In this document: positions 10,397-23,732 of the stretch, in pieces
Layout: each line of letters begins with the position of its first letter
How positions within the stretch are numbered: position 1 is the first letter of the stretch
Assembly (NCBI RefSeq): GCF_016835505.1
Contig: NC_053155.1
Location: 74,724,088 to 74,788,087 of the forward strand
DNA from: Polypterus senegalus
Taxonomy: Eukaryota
DNA length: 64,000 nt
Direction: 5' to 3'
The notes under the pieces: generated by a model
Databases searched by the model: none
What the model was told of the DNA's origin: nothing
The model's input: only the letters and a program-made list of their open reading frames with translations
Made by a program: the position numbers and the translations under genes

Positions 10397-13300
10397 CTTT
10401 GAATTACTCTTTTCTTGGAATTGTATAAGGTGTTCTATTAGAGACGCCCCTGTGGGTTAACATTAATAAACTGTGCAGGCTATAGCATGAAGGAAAGACT
10501 GAAGTGCATTCAGAAAGTGTTGTCTTGAGGAGCACTAATAGTCTACCTCACACACTTCATTTAAAACTGTCCTCAAAGCTGAATCATTCCACACTACGTT
10601 TTACAGAGACAGATTAATCCTGTATATCACAGCATTAAAAATACATTGCACTTATGCAGTTAGTGAATACTTTATGAGGTATCTTAGGATCTCCCTTTGT
10701 CTCCAGACCAGCTCTGAATACTTTAAAGCATAGATACAACAAGGTGCTGGTAGTGTTTCTTGAGAATTTTGGACAATGCTACTTTGATAACTCACATAGT
10801 TCCTGCCAGGGGTGGACGGGGGTCACAAACTGGTACTTGACATTTGTCGAGACTGGCTCACCACAATTAGCTAGGCACTAACCATCCTTGCACCCAAAGT
10901 GCCTGTACACATAATATTTCCTACTAATGCATAGATGCCTAATTTACTGGAGTATTAACATCCGATCTAAGCTTCACTACCCTTAACTTCAAAGTGTCAG
11001 AATGATTACAGAAACTGTAGGCAAATATTGTCTTTGTTTCAGGTCCATTATATGTGCATTTATGTACAATTGTTACTTTACCCTAAAAAGTTACATACAC
11101 ATTATATTTCCTGCCACTATTGTGAGAATTTATTTTTTTTTATTTCAATCATGCCAAATTTACCCCTAAAAGACTAGCAAGTTATCATTATTCTTTAATG
11201 ATTTAGTGAAATGTTTTATTTCTAATAGATAATAATCTAGTTTATTTTGCACTGCATTTCAGTTACTCTTGTAACAAGATACTTTGCTGAGTTTAGAGTT
11301 GTGATAATATGTAACTAACTAATGTTGTCTTTTTATTTAGGATTTCAGAAGTGGATTTGCTGAATATTGTGAAATGGTAAACAAATTAATTCTTTGGTTT
11401 TTAAAAGCAAGAGGTAGAAGTAACAATTTTTAATATTTTCTTTATCTGTATGCATATGACCTTTAATTTGATTAAGTGCGTTTGTGAATTTTATGTTATT
11501 TTTGTTTAAATGCAGTTATTATACATTATATATGTAAGTGCCATTTGTTTCTAAAATACGATAAATCGAAAATTGATGATTGGAAAGCAAGTGTCTATCG
11601 CAAGGGAGGTCAAATTTCTCACTGAATCCCACTTTATAGATACTTTCCACTTAAAGAGTGTCATAAGTGCAAAGAGAAAATATAAAAAAAGAGTTAAATA
11701 TTTTTATGAATAGAATACGTTTCAGATTATTTTAGCATTATGGTTTCTACCTGTTTTTTTCAAGTCATTAAATATGAATACTTTACTTCTAATGCATTTG
11801 CTTGGGGATAAATATAAACACAACTGGTATAAGTAAACAATTTTTGACAGCTAACTTAGAAAGAAAATCAACCATTAATTAGAAATGTAAAGGCAAATAT
11901 GAAATATTTGGTATTTTACAAGGAATTGAACATCACTAACCAGATAAAGGATATTGATTAATAAAGTTAGCAAGTCTAAAATATAAAAGCTTGGTGTGCT
12001 CCATTCAATATACATTTACACGTATACAACTGGAAATCAAGAAACCCTGTGGAAATTGCCAAGTTCAAGGTTTAAAAGGTAAAACTGTGATGCATCTTAG
12101 CACATATGACAAACAAAATGGTAAATACGCTTTACATCTAAAAATCCAAATTTAAATACAGGAAAAGGAAATAACTATTAAATATTAACTGAAAAAATAT
12201 CTTTAGTTACGCTGTATTACATTATTTACATCCTGTCTAAAAGTCCATGCACAGAAATAATTCAGCTGATCAGGATGATGCTAAAGGTTGCTTATGAAAA
12301 GTATTTATAGAAGATGCACTGTGGACTTTAAGACATGTTTAAAGATTCTGGTCCTGAAGATGCTGGAAGGCATGTAGCCCCACGCAGTGCAGATATGTCA
12401 GATATTAATTTGTAAATATCTATATGTGGCACAGATAGTAACCAAAACAAAAATGTTGGAGATGGCAGTGTTCCTCAAAGATGAAATTGTTAACCGGGAA
12501 TATGATCGAAACAGGATCCTTAGAAACCTTTAAATTATAATAAATTAAATATGTTTATTTTCTTTTATTGTACTGAGCCCAGGTCATGGAGGTGTCTGTC
12601 CACTCTTGGGGCACATCATTTGATGCTAGTTTACATAGCCCAAATTATGTAACATTGCACATGGACCTGCTACACAAAGTGCATACTTCTCTGCTGTCTC
12701 CTTGATTATCATGTGATGTAACCTGCAATTTTTCCACATATGTGATGCAGATCGGACTTTGGTAGTAGTATGTGATTTCTTTTTTTCTTATTTTTTAGAT
12801 CAAATACAGGCCAACTTTGTATGTGGTACTGAATTCTTACCTAATTTTAAATGACCATAAGCTCAAGAAGGTGGCTTATGTCAGTTTTGCACAACATGCA
12901 AAACATTTCAAAAAGAGAAATGTTTGGGGAGAGAAGATTGCACTGATATTAAAATGTTATATGTCTCATTCAAAAGTTCAGCAGCCAGTTGGATTCATCA
13001 AAGTAGTTAACAGTACAGTCCCATCACTCTTGACTGCTGTTCTTCATCCAAATCCGTCTCTAAATAGAGATGAAGGAAATCATGGCAGGAAGCACTGAGG
13101 TATACCTGTATAATGGCATAGTCCTTCTGCACTGATTTTGCACATTTAGAAAACAACATATGCTTCTAAACACACAAAAATTGAAGAGCAAAAAAATGCA
13201 ACGATCCATATTTATGCCTTACCGGTGTTATTACATTACAATGAATGCGCAGGACAAATATTTCTAATTAGTTGAATGTGTATATAAATGTTCGGGACAC

Positions 13301-14235
13301 ATAATCTAAACAGCACAGACTTCCAATTTGGGCATGAAAACCTGGTAGTGTAAGAAGCATTTATAAGCACAGTACAGCAAAAATACATTTCTGCGTGATG
13401 TATTTTACACACCTCATTTAATACATTGGATGCCTGCCAGGTAAACTTAAACTTTACTTTTTTTAAGCTTAAAAAAAAAAAAAAAAGTAAAACTAAACGT
13501 TTACATTTTGCATGAGCATTTGGGATTGTCCATTCATTAAGGACATATGGCCCTTAAAATTAGGGGTCTACTTCTACTCAGTCTATTTGTGTTCTGCACT
13601 ACTCTCCAGATGAGAGTTGCAGAGGCAGCAAATTTGGTTATTTTTTGAAGACATACAGGCATTCATAGTGCAGCCATTTGATTTAATCCTTCCAGGCTTT
13701 TTGGCACCTGCTTCAAGATTATCTGTCAGTGGAACATCCCTGGTACAGTTGTAGCTGGATGAACCACAGATGCCTTCTCATTTAAAACACCCAAACATGT
13801 CAAGGGACTCCTCAAAATCCCAAGGAGCAATGACTCTTCTTTGCTGAGCTACTCACACTGTCATGGATGGAATGTCCACCAACCCAGCAAACAATTTACC
13901 TGCTTTTTACCCTTAAGTCATGACCATTTGTTGAGACTGAAACACTGATTTTTATTTTTAAACTGAGAAGTACAACAAATGTTTCCCAACTTAAGGTCCA
14001 TTGTCCTCTGAAGAGCTTTCTGTGTGTTTGTCACTATCCCAGTTTCCCAATTAGCTTTCAGTACTCAAGGGTAATAGCTGTACTATTTTAGAATGATATT
14101 ACTCATTGTAAAGTTCGGCATTTTAATATGCCATGTAGGACCTCCAAATCATAGATCATTTTGCCCATCAGGAAAAGTGAGAAGTGCAAAGGGATACATA
14201 AACTTCTGCTATTGGAGATGTTTAACTTTTTCGGC

Positions 14236-14598
14236 GCATGCGGGAGGCACAGTGGCACAGAGGGTAGCGCTGCTGCCTCGTAGTTATGAGTCCCAGGTTT
14301 ACTTCGCAGGTCCACCCTGCATGGAGTTTGCATGTTCTCCCCGTGTCTGCGTGGATTTCCTCTGGGTACTCCGGTTTCCACCCACAGTCCAAAGATATGC
14401 AGGTTACGTGCATTGGCGATCTTAAATTGTCCCTAGTTGTGCTTGGTGTTGTGGGTGTGTGCGCCCTGCGGTGGGCTGGCGCCCTGCCCGGGGTTTGTTT
14501 CCTGCCTTGCGCCCTGTGTTGGCTGGGATTGGCTCCAGCAGACCCCCGTGACCCTATAGTTAGGATGTAGCAGGTTGGATAATAGATGGATGGATGGA
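14236..14598 (-). mobile_element. SINE-like family, full-length copy in inverted orientation with a terminal (GGAT)n
   Basis: Contains ggcacagtggcacagagggtagcgctgctgcctcg...gagtttgcatgttctccccgtgtctgcgtgg...gccctgtgttggctgggattggctccagcagacccccgtgaccct...ggatggatggatgg, which is near-identical to 22785-22937. Confidence 0.6.
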
Positions 14599-16602
14599 TA
14601 ACTTTTTCAGTGAGTCACTGGCAAAGGTAGAGTGTTGTGACATGTTGTATGTTGGTTGGATATGGAAGTAAGAATTTCACTGTACTCAATATTGCTGCTG
14701 CTACTCCTACTACTACTACACATCAGATCAAAAGGATCACTTGAGAGATGATGTTTGATCTTAACTGTATACCATTGTTCATATTCAAACCACATCCATA
14801 CATGTTCCAAGTTTATGATGAGGCATTTGCTCTTTATTTGCAGTTAATTTCAAATGTTATTTGGGACTATACATGAAAATGTTAGCCGTTCAATTTTTGA
14901 ATGATTGTTTAGCTGCATACTCTTGGTAGAGGTATACTGTATATAGTCATAGCAGAGAACAGCAGGTGGTGCTGTGTCCCTTAGGTCCAGTTTCAAGCTA
15001 GGATGTCACTTTGTCAAGTTTACATGGGCAAAATGTACAATTGCCTGTATTTACATGGGCTTCCTTTCTCATGCTAAATATTTGAAGGCAAATAAGGTGT
15101 GAAATTGGCTGTACAAGCGTGTGCTTGAGGTAGAGACTGATCTGATTTTTTTTTCAGGCAAAAATTAAAATTAGCTCAAAATGTCAATATTGTTTACAAT
15201 CCTAAAAAAAAACAAAACAAATGTATCTCTGGCAGAGGTAAATCCACAGATTTACTGTTTAATCTTGAATTTCAAATATGGACTGGATTAAAAACCACAT
15301 CACCTTTGACACTTTTATGAAAACTAAACAAAACTTGACAGTGTATATTTATGATTATGATGACACATACCTGATTATGTGCAACTTGCAATGCATTGCA
15401 AACTCGGAGCAATGGCAGATGAACCAGTGGTGGTGGTGCTAGCTAGGCAGTGGCACCAGGGCCCATGGTGACTGCATAAATGCTATTCCACAAGGCTTTT
15501 TTATTACCATGCTTGCCTCCTTGATATCAGTTCAAAATGGTTAATGGTTTTCTCATTCCCACACTCCAGAAATGCTTAATTATGACTGTTGAGATATGAC
15601 ATAGCTTACAGGCTTTTGAGGTAACTCATTGATTGTGGTCATTTCTTTACTAGAGTTAAGTTAATTTTACATGGCAGGGGCATAATTTTTTTTTTTTAGG
15701 ACTAGGGCCCGTCGAATTCTAGTCACACCACTGAAATGAACAGATAATCTGTGATTTCGTAGATGGTAAACATTGTTAGGTAAAATGCATCATGAAGATT
15801 GATTTGAAAAGCAGTTTGATCGCAGTTTGTGCCAAGCTTATTAGGATTGCAACTTAAATTGTCCATTTTACTCTGAAGAGCGTCACCTGACGCTGAACTT
15901 TTCCGTGTCTGTATTTAGTAAGTTTCACCATTAACACTTAAAACTGAGTATTTGTACATTTAAAAGAGGTGATACTGCTAGACTGCTCCCTTCATTGAAG
16001 TGGGGTTTTTCTCTTCAGATATTTTGTTAGAAATTGTAAGGCTTTCCTTCTGATTTTAACTTATCTCTCTTTATACCATGAAGACCATGGGCCAGATTAT
16101 TTTACGAACAGTGAGAGTGTCACTTATGCTTTCCTCACTGGTCTCTCACCAAGCTCTTTTCATCTGTTTCTCAAAGGCTTGTGAGAAATCACACCTGAAA
16201 AAAACTTTCCTTTTAGAGGGACGCTTGTCTGATATTTTAGAAAAAGGGATTCAATAAGGAAAGGTGCAAATTAAACCATAAAATAACGAGGGCACTCAAA
16301 ATATGAATTTAGGGAAATTGCAGTAATAAAGTACAAATGAAATGAGGGACAAAATTTAAGTCCAGGCTCAAGAAGCAGATCTGAATAGCACAAAAAATGA
16401 AAAAAAAAACAAAAAAAACACTGCAGTGATTAAATTGTTGACACTTGCACAACATTGTTAAATATGTTGAAATAAATAATGGTAAGGAAGATGGAAAAAT
16501 GATGCAAAGGCAATTGTATGAAGAATGCACTGTGTTTGGAGAAAAGATTACTCTGTAAAATTGAGTTTTTTTGTTTTCTGATATTTTATATTAATTTTAC
16601 AG

Positions 16603-16911
16603 GATAGTTTTGTTCAGGATTACCGGGAAATTTCATCAGACATCTTTGTTTCTAAAAGAGCTGTAAAGGAAATAATTCCTGCAGTTGATGGGCTTCCACT
16701 TCCTCCTCCTCCTCCTCCTCCTCCTCCCCCTGATCTTCCAGAAGGAATGGGAATGTCACGCATAATATTGCATGATATGTCAACAGAATGTTCAACTTCT
16801 GAGCCTCTTGAGTCTTTTCTTCTACATCGTGGTTCTTCTGTACGAGCAAACAGAAGAAAGTCAAGGCGGTATATACCTGCTTTTGATGAAGGTTCAGATC
16901 ATATGGCTCAG
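16603..16911 (+). CDS. coding exon A of an unidentified host gene (DSFVQDYREISSDIFVSKRAVKEIIPAVDGLPLPPPPPPPPPDLPEGMGMSRIILHDMSTECSTSEPLESFLLHRGSSVRANRRKSRRYIPAFDEGSDHMAQ)
   Basis: A polypyrimidine tract with ttttacAG acceptor ends at 16602. There is a 309-nt open frame (phase 0 to 0) with a (CCT)9 polyproline run, and a consensus donor CAG|GTAAGG at 16912. Confidence 0.55.
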
Positions 16912-19672
16912 GTAAGGGTTCCTAGCAGTTTGTCCTTCGGGTCACCAGTGAATTTTGGAAAATTGTAATAATACAATACGCATGAAATTCATAAGTCCTA
17001 TCTGTAGATTCATATCTTAATGGCACAAAAAAGACAGTAAGACAAAAACGCTACATTGATTAAATTGCTGACGTTTACAGCACATTATTAAACATGTATA
17101 AATAAATTATGGTAAAGAAAAATGGATATGATGACAAGGCAATTGTACGAGGAACACACAGTATATGTATTAGTTACAAAAGTGGAGAAGCCCTACATCT
17201 TACTAATGGGTGATAAAGGGATTCAAGCGATGTTAGTGAGACGGTGGCAGTGGGTTATAATTATAGACTAGTCGTTATGGCTGAATGATTAGTTGGTATC
17301 ATTTTCCTCTCCTCTGTTCTCTGGCTTCCCTCACAAAGTTATTCACAATACAGAAATTGCCACTGTTAAGGTAAATGTAGCAGCAACCTTAAGACACAAA
17401 GAACATTCAAACATTAGACTTGCAAATGTGTAATCACTGCATAAATTAGTTTAGTTTTAACAGTTTATCTTTAAAATATGATTCTATACCATGGTGCTTT
17501 GGCTGTCAGGCCCTGCACATACTGGTAAATGAGCGGTGTACTAGGAAGTACTTATTTGTGTACTTGCGTATCTCCCATAACATTGTAAAAAGAATGTGGT
17601 AGCGTTCACTGTCGGCTCGTTTACATTTTACCAGAAGGTTGGACTGTACACGTCCTTTTTTTAAACAAAACTTTTTTTTCCTTCCTATCCACTTTAAAAA
17701 TATACTTTAACAACTTCTTTGTCCTTCATTCGCTTCTGTGGTGTGCCTTTGTCTTTGTTGAGGAATATTTTGATGTCTTAAAGCAGATGGCGAATAGTAA
17801 AATCGCAGTTTTAATTCTGCTAACATGATGAGAACTATACAGATTCTCGCCACCTCCCAATAATGTCATACACTGATTCACATGCACTTTTGCTAGTGAC
17901 ACTATTTTTGAGAAAGCAAGCTCATCTCATTTGTAAAAGGTGTTCAAGAAACAAGTCCTATACGACATGAACAAAGAAAAATCACTAAAGCCAAATGGAA
18001 AAAGTGGGCATAAATGAGGCTGCAAAAGCAAATTTCCCAAAACATAAGAAATGTAGATTTAAAACTTTTGAACAAAAAAGTTGATGCACAGAAATATACA
18101 TACTACAATTATACAGTATTTGCAACTAAACTGAGAAAAGCGCTATATAAATGTAATTAATTATTATTATTATTATTAAACTAGTGATGTAGCTGTGTTT
18201 TCCCAAAATTACCAAAGTTCAGCAGCTTCAACTCAAAAAATGGGATTCAACAAAAGCCTGACCGCAGAAATGATTCCACAGACAAATATCTTTGTTTTTA
18301 AAAGTTTAGTTAAGTTTTAAAGTAAAACAGTTCACACAAAAAAGGAAAATTAAAATACCAAAAAAGGAAAAATGAATGTTAAGAAAAATTCAATTCTAAG
18401 CTTAATCTTGTTACATCTCAAATCATTACTATTTACTTAACATTTCTTAACCATTTCAAAACAGTCAGAAAACTGTATGCTTATCCCATTTCTAAGTTTA
18501 CAAATGAGTCTTTTAAGTCCCTATGTACTGGGACCTGTTCTAAACAATAACTGAGCTTATTATCACACTGTTTCTCAGTTACAGTAAGAAGGTTCTATCT
18601 CTTGCTAACTTATAGGGGGAAAAGACTATACCATAAGTTATGACTATGAAAGAAATTTATGTTCTATTCAAATTAGGCAAACATTAATATGAGTTTAACT
18701 CAAAACTTTAACTTTCTAAGATTGGCTCTTACAAGTGAAATGTTTAATATATTTAGTGTAAATCTGACTGACAATTATACAGTATTTGCAACTAAACTAG
18801 TGAAATTTTTGATATATTTAAATCTGAAGGTTGATGATTTAACCAGCATTGTCTTCCTATGATTGGCACACTTTTCATTGAATCCATGATTTAAACTTCA
18901 TGGTGCCTTACAGGGATGTAGAATGTGATCTTTAGTAAAGGCTTAAAGTCTATCCGCCAATCCATTTTCCAACCCCACATATTTAGTTCAGGGTCAAAGA
19001 AAGACAGTGCCTACCATAACAGTTCCAGAAAGTTGACCCTGTAAAGGGCATCATAAAGACATAATATATGTATCAGAATAATATATATGTTTTAATTTAT
19101 CAGTCAAGCTTCTTCTTTCTTATGAATGAAGTAGGGTGTGTGTTTAGCAATTGAAGATGCCCAATCAGTGGTTCATCACTGTCTTGCTCCTGATGTTGCT
19201 GGAATAGGATGTGGACCCTGCAACGGTAAACTGTAGGTTTGAGGGGATAACAAGGACACTTGCAAAATGCAAAACTGTAGAAGAAACAGTCAGGAAGGAT
19301 AAGGAGAGAGCAATTGTATATGGCCATCACCTGCAAACCCATTCCCTTTCTGGGGGTTGTCTTGCTGTTGCCTCTTCAATGCCCCTATTGTCACTTTCAT
19401 TTGCACCAAAGAAGGTGAAATTGATTTACCATCACTTGTGCTTCCTAACTGGAGAGACTGATATCTCTGAAGCTTAATTGACTTGGTGTTAGACTGTGAT
19501 GATGAAGTGTCCCCTTAATTTTTTGAGCAGTATATAACCAAAGTTGTCAACAAAATAAACACCTTTACAGTATTACACACCTGGATTTTAAGATGCATTT
19601 GATGCTAGTAAAAAGAGTAAATTGAGTTTAATTTTTATATTTTTTATTAAGTTTAATATTTATATTTTACAG

Positions 19673-20337
19673 GGTTTACACATGAAATTGTCTGGTTTGT
19701 CAGGCATATCTTCAACTTCTGGGCCTCCTGCTTCTATTCTTCCTCATAATGTTCCTTTTGGTCTTACACAAGCAAGGGAACAAGATTTACAAGACAGTCT
19801 GCCTCTTTGTGCTAAGCCATGTCTACCAGCACAACAAATGATTCAACCAAGTCCACCATTACTTGGGGTTGTGGTACCAAAAACGCCAAAGTTTGGACAA
19901 GCAATGACTCAAAAAAGTCCCCAGATTACTGGAATAATGTCCTTTGGAGAAAGACAGATTCAACAAAGTCCACCAATTGCTGAGAGTGCATTCTTTAAAT
20001 CATCATTTAATCAACAACGTTTATCATTTCCAATGATAACTGGAAAGTCATCCTTTCACCAACCATCACCTCCTGTCCCGGGTCAATTATTTGGACAAGC
20101 CACGATTCAACCAAGTCTACTGTTTGCTAGGAGTGAGGCTGATCAGTGTGATTTGATTCAACCAAGTCGGTCATTTACAAGATATATGTCACCTGCACCT
20201 GGAGCACAACCAGTACTCCATTCAAGTCTGCCTCTTTTTGAAAAGATGCATTGTGCAGGTTTTTCCGGTGGATTTGGTGCTTCTACAAATATAATGTTGA
20301 AACCTTCTAAATCCTCATACCTTCTCCCAGAGTTTAT
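19673..20337 (+). CDS. coding exon B (221 codons + 2 nt): disordered Pro/Ser/Gln-rich segment with five FG dipeptides (VPFGL, KFGQA, SFGER, LFGQA, GFGAS) and repeated QPSPP/QSPP motifs
   Basis: The acceptor tatattttacAG ends at 19672. A 665-nt open frame continues exon A in phase 0. A perfect donor AT|GTAAGT lies at 20338. Confidence 0.6.
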
Positions 20338-20989
20338 GTAAGTTCAAGGATATCAGGCATTCAATACAGCTTTAGCTGTGCCTTTTTGGCCCCCACAGAA
20401 TGTATTGATAGGCATTATTTTGTAAAGTCTCAAAATTAGAAATCATTTTCCTACACTTCCACTTAATTTGTTGAAATTTTTGTTTTTTTTTAATTCTGTA
20501 ATGTACAGCTGTAGTTAGTTGTTAGTGATTCTTCTATTCCTGATACAAAAGCTGCACACTTCTGAGTTTGTGTGTGGCTTACAGCCTAACCTGTATGCCT
20601 TGGCGGTGCTTTGGTACCTACAGATATCCCAGGATGAGCTGTATCTCAGGTGAAGCAATGATGTATTCTGGTTTAGCTGTAGGTTTTTCTTTGATATGCA
20701 CAACAGTACCACAGGAAGTTCTTATATGTGATACTATTCTGTACACTATATTCTTCATATTGTGTAAAGAAGAATAGTTATACAGTAGTATAAAATATTT
20801 CAAGCAAATGTCCTAAAACTAGCTAGTAGTAGAATGGCTTCTATGCACATCTAACTACTAGTGTTTTAATTTGAGTCCCTGATAAATATGAACAAAGTGA
20901 CTTTTTTCCTGTTTTTGCACCTTTACCCTGTATGCACACTTTAAATGTATGATTAAAATATAATGCAAAAAAATATAGTGAATAGGACA

Positions 20990-21480
20990 CTTTTAAAAGT
21001 CAAAGGGATTTTCTCTAAGAATGTCAAGGATCCCTTAACTGGATTCCTGGCAATATGCATTCTCAGTATGGCTGATTGCAGAAACTGTGCCAGTCAAAAT
21101 GACATTCATGGGCTATAACAACCTTAACATGACAATCTTCCATATTTATGACCTCCACCTTGTGGGTGTCATCTTCAATCAACTTCTACCTCCACTTAAA
21201 TTGCTTGGCCCAGAATTTCACGTTATAGTGTGAAGGTGTATCCTCACCATACACAGCATTCAGCATCTCATGGATTTCCTCTTCCTTTGTAAGGAATTTA
21301 ATGATGGAATGAGGTTCACGGACTGTCAGTTTCTTTGTAGACGGCAGGTAGATGTGTTTGCTCTCCTCTCTCTCTAAGTGCTTGCCATAAAATGACCTCA
21401 AGAAGCACGTGTGGCATGCCAAGATGTGTTCTGATTTCCAGTGAAGAGTTCAGATTTGTAGCACAAGTACACGATACTCA
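20990..21480 (-). mobile_element. mariner-like transposase N-terminal remnant
   Basis: The minus-strand ORF 21186-21422 (..HSIIKFLTKEEEIHEMLNAVYGEDTPSHYNVKFWAKQFKWR) fits the conserved N-terminal HTH pattern of mariner-family transposases (I..F....K...EIH..L..VYG...PS...V..W...FK.GR). A degenerate LEDD-RSGRP-like stretch follows. Confidence 0.4.
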
Positions 21481-21715
21481 GGTAGATAAATTATTGAACT
21501 CCCCTCTTATACATTTACAATGAAGAATACTGATTTATGCTGTAGAAAATTTAGGTTGTTTATGTGTAATTGTCAGCATATAGTGGAATTCAGGATTATT
21601 TTTTAATGCATGTTTAGTTTCATTAAAAAAAAACAATGACTATTCCTGTATGATTCCAACTTGTGAATGTGTGTGTGTGTACATAGCAATACTGTATACT
21701 TGAATTTTTCTCCAG

Positions 21716-21806
21716 GCACACTGATCCTCAAGCAGCTGCCGTGAAAGCACAAAGAAGAAAACAGGATCTGGTATCTTGGGCAAATATATTTCTACTCCAG
21801 CATGTG
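21716..21806 (+). CDS. coding exon C (MHTDPQAAAVKAQRRKQDLVSWANIFLLQHV after the phase-2 join)
   Basis: Acceptor tttttctccAG at 21715 and donor GTG|GTAAGA at 21807. Its 91 nt restore phase 0 when joined to exon B (AT+G=ATG). Confidence 0.45.
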
Positions 21807-22008
21807 GTAAGATTTGTTTTTTTATGTACAGTGTTTATTTTCTGTGCTTTCATATAGTCTTGATGTTTTTTCAACTGACATCTTAGAGATTCAAGAAACT
21901 CTAGCTACAGGTAATAGCAGTTTGTAAAGGTTCAGAATAAAAATCAAATAAAATACACAAACCAAAAATGTAAACTTGATTACAATGTTTTGTCTACAGT
22001 AAATTACC

Positions 22009-22029
22009 TATTATTATTATTATTATTAT
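22009..22029. repeat. (TTA)7 microsatellite
   Basis: Direct read. Confidence 0.9.
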
Positions 22030-22325
22030 GAAAGGTAAATTAACAGATATTGGAATGGGTGCCCAGAAGAAAGTGTTAGCTCCATGAATGGAACAATTTT
22101 CAGTACTGGTAAATGCACAGTGGAAATGTAGTCTCACGTACAGTGCCACCACAAAGACAGCAAAATAAATACAACAAAAACAGTAACAACACAAATGATC
22201 ATTTTATACTGATCTTATATTAAAGAAGCACTCAACGTGCAATCTACAGAAGGCTCTGCCAGGGGACCCCCACTGAATATCATCAGGATGAATGTTAGGA
22301 TACTCAATCTCTTTCTCTCCCTCTC

Positions 22326-22331
22326 CCTTTT

Positions 22332-22383
<52 letters not shown>
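22326..22383. repeat. (TTTA)n microsatellite, ~13 units
   Basis: Direct read. Confidence 0.9.
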
Positions 22384-22384
<1 letters not shown>

Positions 22385-22784
22385 TAATTGAAGTGCTCTT
22401 GGTGCACTGGCTATCTTGACCAGGTATCATCAGGGTGTGTAGATGTTTGGAGGAGGAAAGGTTACAAAGGGCATCAACTCAAAAATCTCAGGGATTGAGC
22501 AAATCATCATTTTTGATGCCCCAGTTTATCTGAAGTTCTGGGGGGATTAGGGGTTGTCAAGTGTGGTATGTGGGCTCCAGCAGAGTTGAGCTTCCATGCT
22601 CCAAACCCGTGACCTTGCTGCAACCCAGGGGGGCTGCCCTCTAGCATTCCAGGGGAGGTAATGCCTTGAATATGCTCTCTCCTTCCATTATAAGATCGTC
22701 CCAGGCAGGCAAGGGCACCAGCCATCCAGCACAGAGCACAGTATGCTTAAGTAAAGTAGCTTCATTTCACACATTTATATTCTG

Positions 22785-22937
22785 CTAGTCTGTCCCTGGT
22801 GTGTTCTTGGTGTGTGTGCCCTGCGGTAGGCTGGCACCCTGCCCAGGGTTTGTTTCCTGCCTTGCGCCCTGTGTTGGCTGGGATTGGCTCCAGCAGACCC
22901 CCATGACCCTGTAGTTAGGATATAGCAGGTTGGATAA
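22785..22937 (-). mobile_element. SINE-like family, truncated copy (distal half only)
   Basis: ggtgtgtgtgccctgcggtaggctggcaccctgcccagggtttgtttcctgccttgcgccctgtgttggctgggattggctccagcagacccccatgaccctgtagttaggatatagcaggttggataatggatggatag is ~95% identical to 14440-14598. Confidence 0.6.
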
Positions 22938-23629
22938 TGGATGGATAGTCTCTTACTTAACAATTTAACAGAAGGCTTCTAATATATTTTAACACATTGT
23001 AAAACAGAATTTTTTCCAGACTTCATTTGACTTAGCATTTTTATGATAATAAATCTTGACTGAATGTGCAATTTCCCAATGCCAGTGGCTGTAATTATTT
23101 TCCAGAAGCCAGCTAATCAAATCTTCAAGCAACTTTCAGCAGCTTTCACAGACCACAGCTTCATAAGGCAGGTTACAAAGCATTCAAGAATACAATTTAA
23201 AGCCACAAGATTACAAGGGCTGAGGTTTTAAGATGTGATACCATCAATTTTTAGAAAATGTGTTTTTACTTCCCACTTATACAGCATGCCAAAATGTTAT
23301 TTTTGTTCAGATTTCAGTGGCTGCTTTTCATGAGCACTGGAGTAATTTGAGATGTAGCTGAAGGCTACGTTTTAAACAGAGCCAGAACTAATTTGAGGAA
23401 TCCACACTTTTTTTCTTACAGGAAAACAAAATATTTTGTAGACTGTATGTTCAAATGCACAAATATCTCCTGTAATTAATTAAAATGTTTTACTTTTATA
23501 TCCATCTATCCATCCATTTTCCAACCCGTTGAATTTAGTTATGTTGTCAAATGCCTCTGAAAAACACAAGAATTGTCTTCTGATAACCAAACAGAAGTGA
23601 GCTACATTATATCTTTTTTCCCCATTCAG

Positions 23630-23732
23630 GATGGCTATTGGGAAGCTACTTCAGAACTAGGAGCCTTACTAGATGTCAACATGGATTATTTTGCCAATGT
23701 TTTCCTGAAAGAAAAGGGAATCATGTCTTTGG
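23630..23732 (+). CDS. coding exon D (DGYWEATSELGALLDVNMDYFANVFLKEKGIMSL + 1 nt)
   Basis: Acceptor ttttttccccattcAG at 23629, a 103-nt open frame and donor G|GTATGT at 23733. It is phase-compatible with exon C. Confidence 0.5.

Noticed and set aside
14236-14300. tRNA gene call from the tRNA-like head of the SINE-like repeat (ggcacagtggcacagagggtagcgctgctgcctcg..)
   Set aside because: It is part of a multi-copy interspersed repeat, lacks a complete cloverleaf and anticodon arm by eye, and recurs at 22785 and 10272 in truncated form.
16652-16864. Minus-strand ORF with a poly-Glu run (EEEEEEEE)
   Set aside because: It is the antisense reading of the (CCT)n polyproline tract of exon A and has no splice support.
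19622-19672. 5' extension of the exon-B ORF to the start reported by the six-frame track
   Set aside because: The ORF track evidently allows alternative start codons. The sequence upstream of 19673 is an AT-rich polypyrimidine/AG acceptor context, so the coding part begins at 19673.
16603-20337. Formin FH1/FH2 interpretation of PPPPPPPPPDLPEGMGM ... VPFGLT
   Set aside because: There is local resemblance to the end of the mDia FH1 domain, but no FH2-like sequence follows in any downstream exon, so I treated it as coincidence.
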